From: a virus
Taxonomy: Duplodnaviria; Caudoviricetes
Virus record (IMG/VR): IMGVR_UViG_3300037361_000044
Location: 64,001-128,000 of that record
Length of the DNA: 64,000 bases
Direction: 5' to 3' (one strand)
In this document: positions 62,573 to 64,000 of the stretch, piece by piece
How the letters are laid out: each line of letters begins with the position of its first letter
How positions within the stretch are numbered: the first letter of the stretch is position 1
Position numbers and translations under genes: made by a program
The notes under the pieces: generated by a model
The model's input: the letters and a program-made list of their open reading frames with translations, nothing else
Database searches by the model: none
What the model was told of the DNA's origin: nothing

Positions 62573-63407
62573 CTTCAGGCTCCTCTTCTTCCTCGTTACG
62601 TAGGTCGGGGTCGGTGTAGTAGGTGGGCACAATGCCCGTCACTTCCTCATGGTAGCGCCGGTACATCGCTCTGGCACGCTTTAGGTCCTCGGACAGCCTG
62701 TCGAAGCTATTGCCACGCCCGTAGTCCAAGATCGAATTGTTGGCGTCCTCTGGGTCTACCGTCGGTATCATGTGGTACCCAACAGGGAATGGCTCTACTG
62801 GCCGTTGCCACACGCCCTTGAACTTACGCTTCCAGACTTGCTTCTTCGCGGATAGCGACGGGACGAATCCAACCCCGGGGACTGTGATCATCATGGACTT
62901 GACCATGTTGCTCAGCTTTACCGAAGCTCCGGCTAGCGCCGAGGCTGCATGCTGGCCTAGCGCCACAATCACCACAGGGTCGACTATGTAGACCTCCTCG
63001 ATGAGCCGCTGTCGACAGGCCGTCATCTGCGGAATGTTGGGTGGCTGATCCGCCAGCATGGGTCCTTGGTCTTCGCCACGCCAGTTGGTCCGTCGGCGCT
63101 CCTGCATCTTGTCGTCCAGCATCGGAGCACAGCTTCGGCACGCTACCAAGTTGGTGTAGTAGGCTGGCTGGATCTGCAGCTGACGGACCATCTTCAGCAG
63201 TAACTGCCCTCCGGAGCTAGAGAAAAGGCCACGCTCTTGCTCATCCCTGGAGTTAGGAGCGGAGCCGATGAACATGATGCCGTTTGGGTCTCCACCACCT
63301 AGCAACACCGGCAGGTTTATGGGGCGGTACATGTGAAGGTCACATGCGCTGCAGCCGTCCCATTCTGCCGCTAGTTCTTCCATGGTTTTTCGTGCGTCTG
63401 TAGGCAA
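62562..63407 (-). CDS. Family-4 uracil-DNA-glycosylase-like protein, degenerate active site
   Basis: CxxC.L, IMFIGSAP, TNLVACR, C..RL.EE...VDP.VIVALG..A. Confidence 0.8.
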   Translation of the reverse strand: MPTDARKTMEELAAEWDGCSACDLHMYRPINLPVLLGGGDPNGIMFIGSAPNSRDEQERGLFSSSGGQLLLKMVRQLQIQPAYYTNLVACRSCAPMLDDKMQERRRTNWRGEDQGPMLADQPPNIPQMTACRQRLIEEVYIVDPVVIVALGQHAASALAGASVKLSNMVKSMMITVPGVGFVPSLSAKKQVWKRKFKGVWQRPVEPFPVGYHMIPTVDPEDANNSILDYGRGNSFDRLSEDLKRARAMYRRYHEEVTGIVPTYYTDPDLRNEEEEEPEDGG

Positions 63408-63408
63408 G

Positions 63409-64000
63409 CTATCCTCCTGTGCGTGGTGTCCTTATCCCCACCGTCGACCCTTGTCTGCGGGATAGAGACGGGTGGTCTACCTGCAGGTACTTGAATGGGC
63501 CGCCTTCATCCACGGGCCAATCCCTGAGGTGTCTTCGTAGTTTCATGCACTGCCCTATCAGTGGCCCAACATTGTCCTCCAAGAAAACCAGCTCAGAGTT
63601 GTGCTTGTCTCTTGGGCGCCCCATCACCTGCTGCAAGACGTTCTTGTCCGACATGGGCTCGCACACAACGATGGCTGACAGCTTCTTATCGTCCAACCCC
63701 TCTCTGCCGTACTTCATAATGGCAAAGATGACTTGGCGCTCTGCCAGCATGCGCATGCGGTCTGCAGGTTTTACTGCCTCCGTGAATAGTCCGGCATCAC
63801 TCTTCTTGCCCAGCAGTTCTAGCAGGAAGGCGCGCTGCCTACGCCTGTACTCCTTCTCTGTCTTCTTCCAGACCTCGTACTGGTCCAGCATCTGCTGATA
63901 CTTCTCTTCACGTGCGGTGAACGCTTCACGTTTGTTCTGTGGCAGGCTCTTGGTCAACGCTAGGTTCCTGCGAATCTCCTTCAGGGTGGCGGTGACTTTC
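63409..64000 (-). CDS. SF2 helicase C-terminal part (5' end outside window)
   Basis: GREGLD (motif V) and QQVMGRPR (motif VI). Confidence 0.7.
   Translation of the reverse strand, partial: KVTATLKEIRRNLALTKSLPQNKREAFTAREEKYQQMLDQYEVWKKTEKEYRRRQRAFLLELLGKKSDAGLFTEAVKPADRMRMLAERQVIFAIMKYGREGLDDKKLSAIVVCEPMSDKNVLQQVMGRPRDKHNSELVFLEDNVGPLIGQCMKLRRHLRDWPVDEGGPFKYLQVDHPSLSRRQGSTVGIRTPRTGG

Noticed and set aside
1-64000. Genome-wide stop-codon reassignment
   Set aside because: Long conserved genes are intact in code 11 and TAG, TGA and TAA all end genes; only one internal TAG was found

Overview
This window is a 64-kb internal segment of a large, probably lytic dsDNA tailed phage. A baseplate-J-like gene suggests a contractile tail, and GC looks high-50s% by eye. 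A myxobacterial host is inferred, not shown, from an FGE-sulfatase-domain protein and a Thr/Gly-repeat lipoprotein. Layout: 1-10.8 kb small accessory genes, mostly on the minus strand (metallophosphoesterase, antirepressor-like protein, S53 protease). 10.8-21.4 kb plus-strand nucleotide metabolism (NT5C, MazG, dCTP deaminase), glf plus a DUF707-like gene, and two peptidoglycan hydrolases. 21.5-48.9 kb baseplate, fibre, holin and spanin-like genes. 48.9-64 kb a minus-strand replication/recombination module (RusA, Cas4-like nuclease, RecA, HU, DnaQ-like exonuclease, PolA, SSB-like protein, primase, DnaB, UDG-like protein, partial SF2 helicase). No capsid, terminase, tape measure, integrase, tRNA or CRISPR array was recognised. 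Main discoveries: (1) A candidate two-tier transcription code. A GGNATAAG motif precedes non-structural genes, terminators nearby carry a conserved TAGCC tail, and structural genes instead have sigma70-type -10 promoters, many apparently leaderless. (2) A strong candidate programmed -1 frameshift (G-GGA-AAA, 6-nt spacer, large nested stem) in a replication-module gene. (3) A prodomain-less sedolisin whose RBS is locked in a hairpin. (4) Candidate small RNAs and an inverted-repeat/G-quadruplex element. All product calls come from motif recognition by eye; no searches were run.
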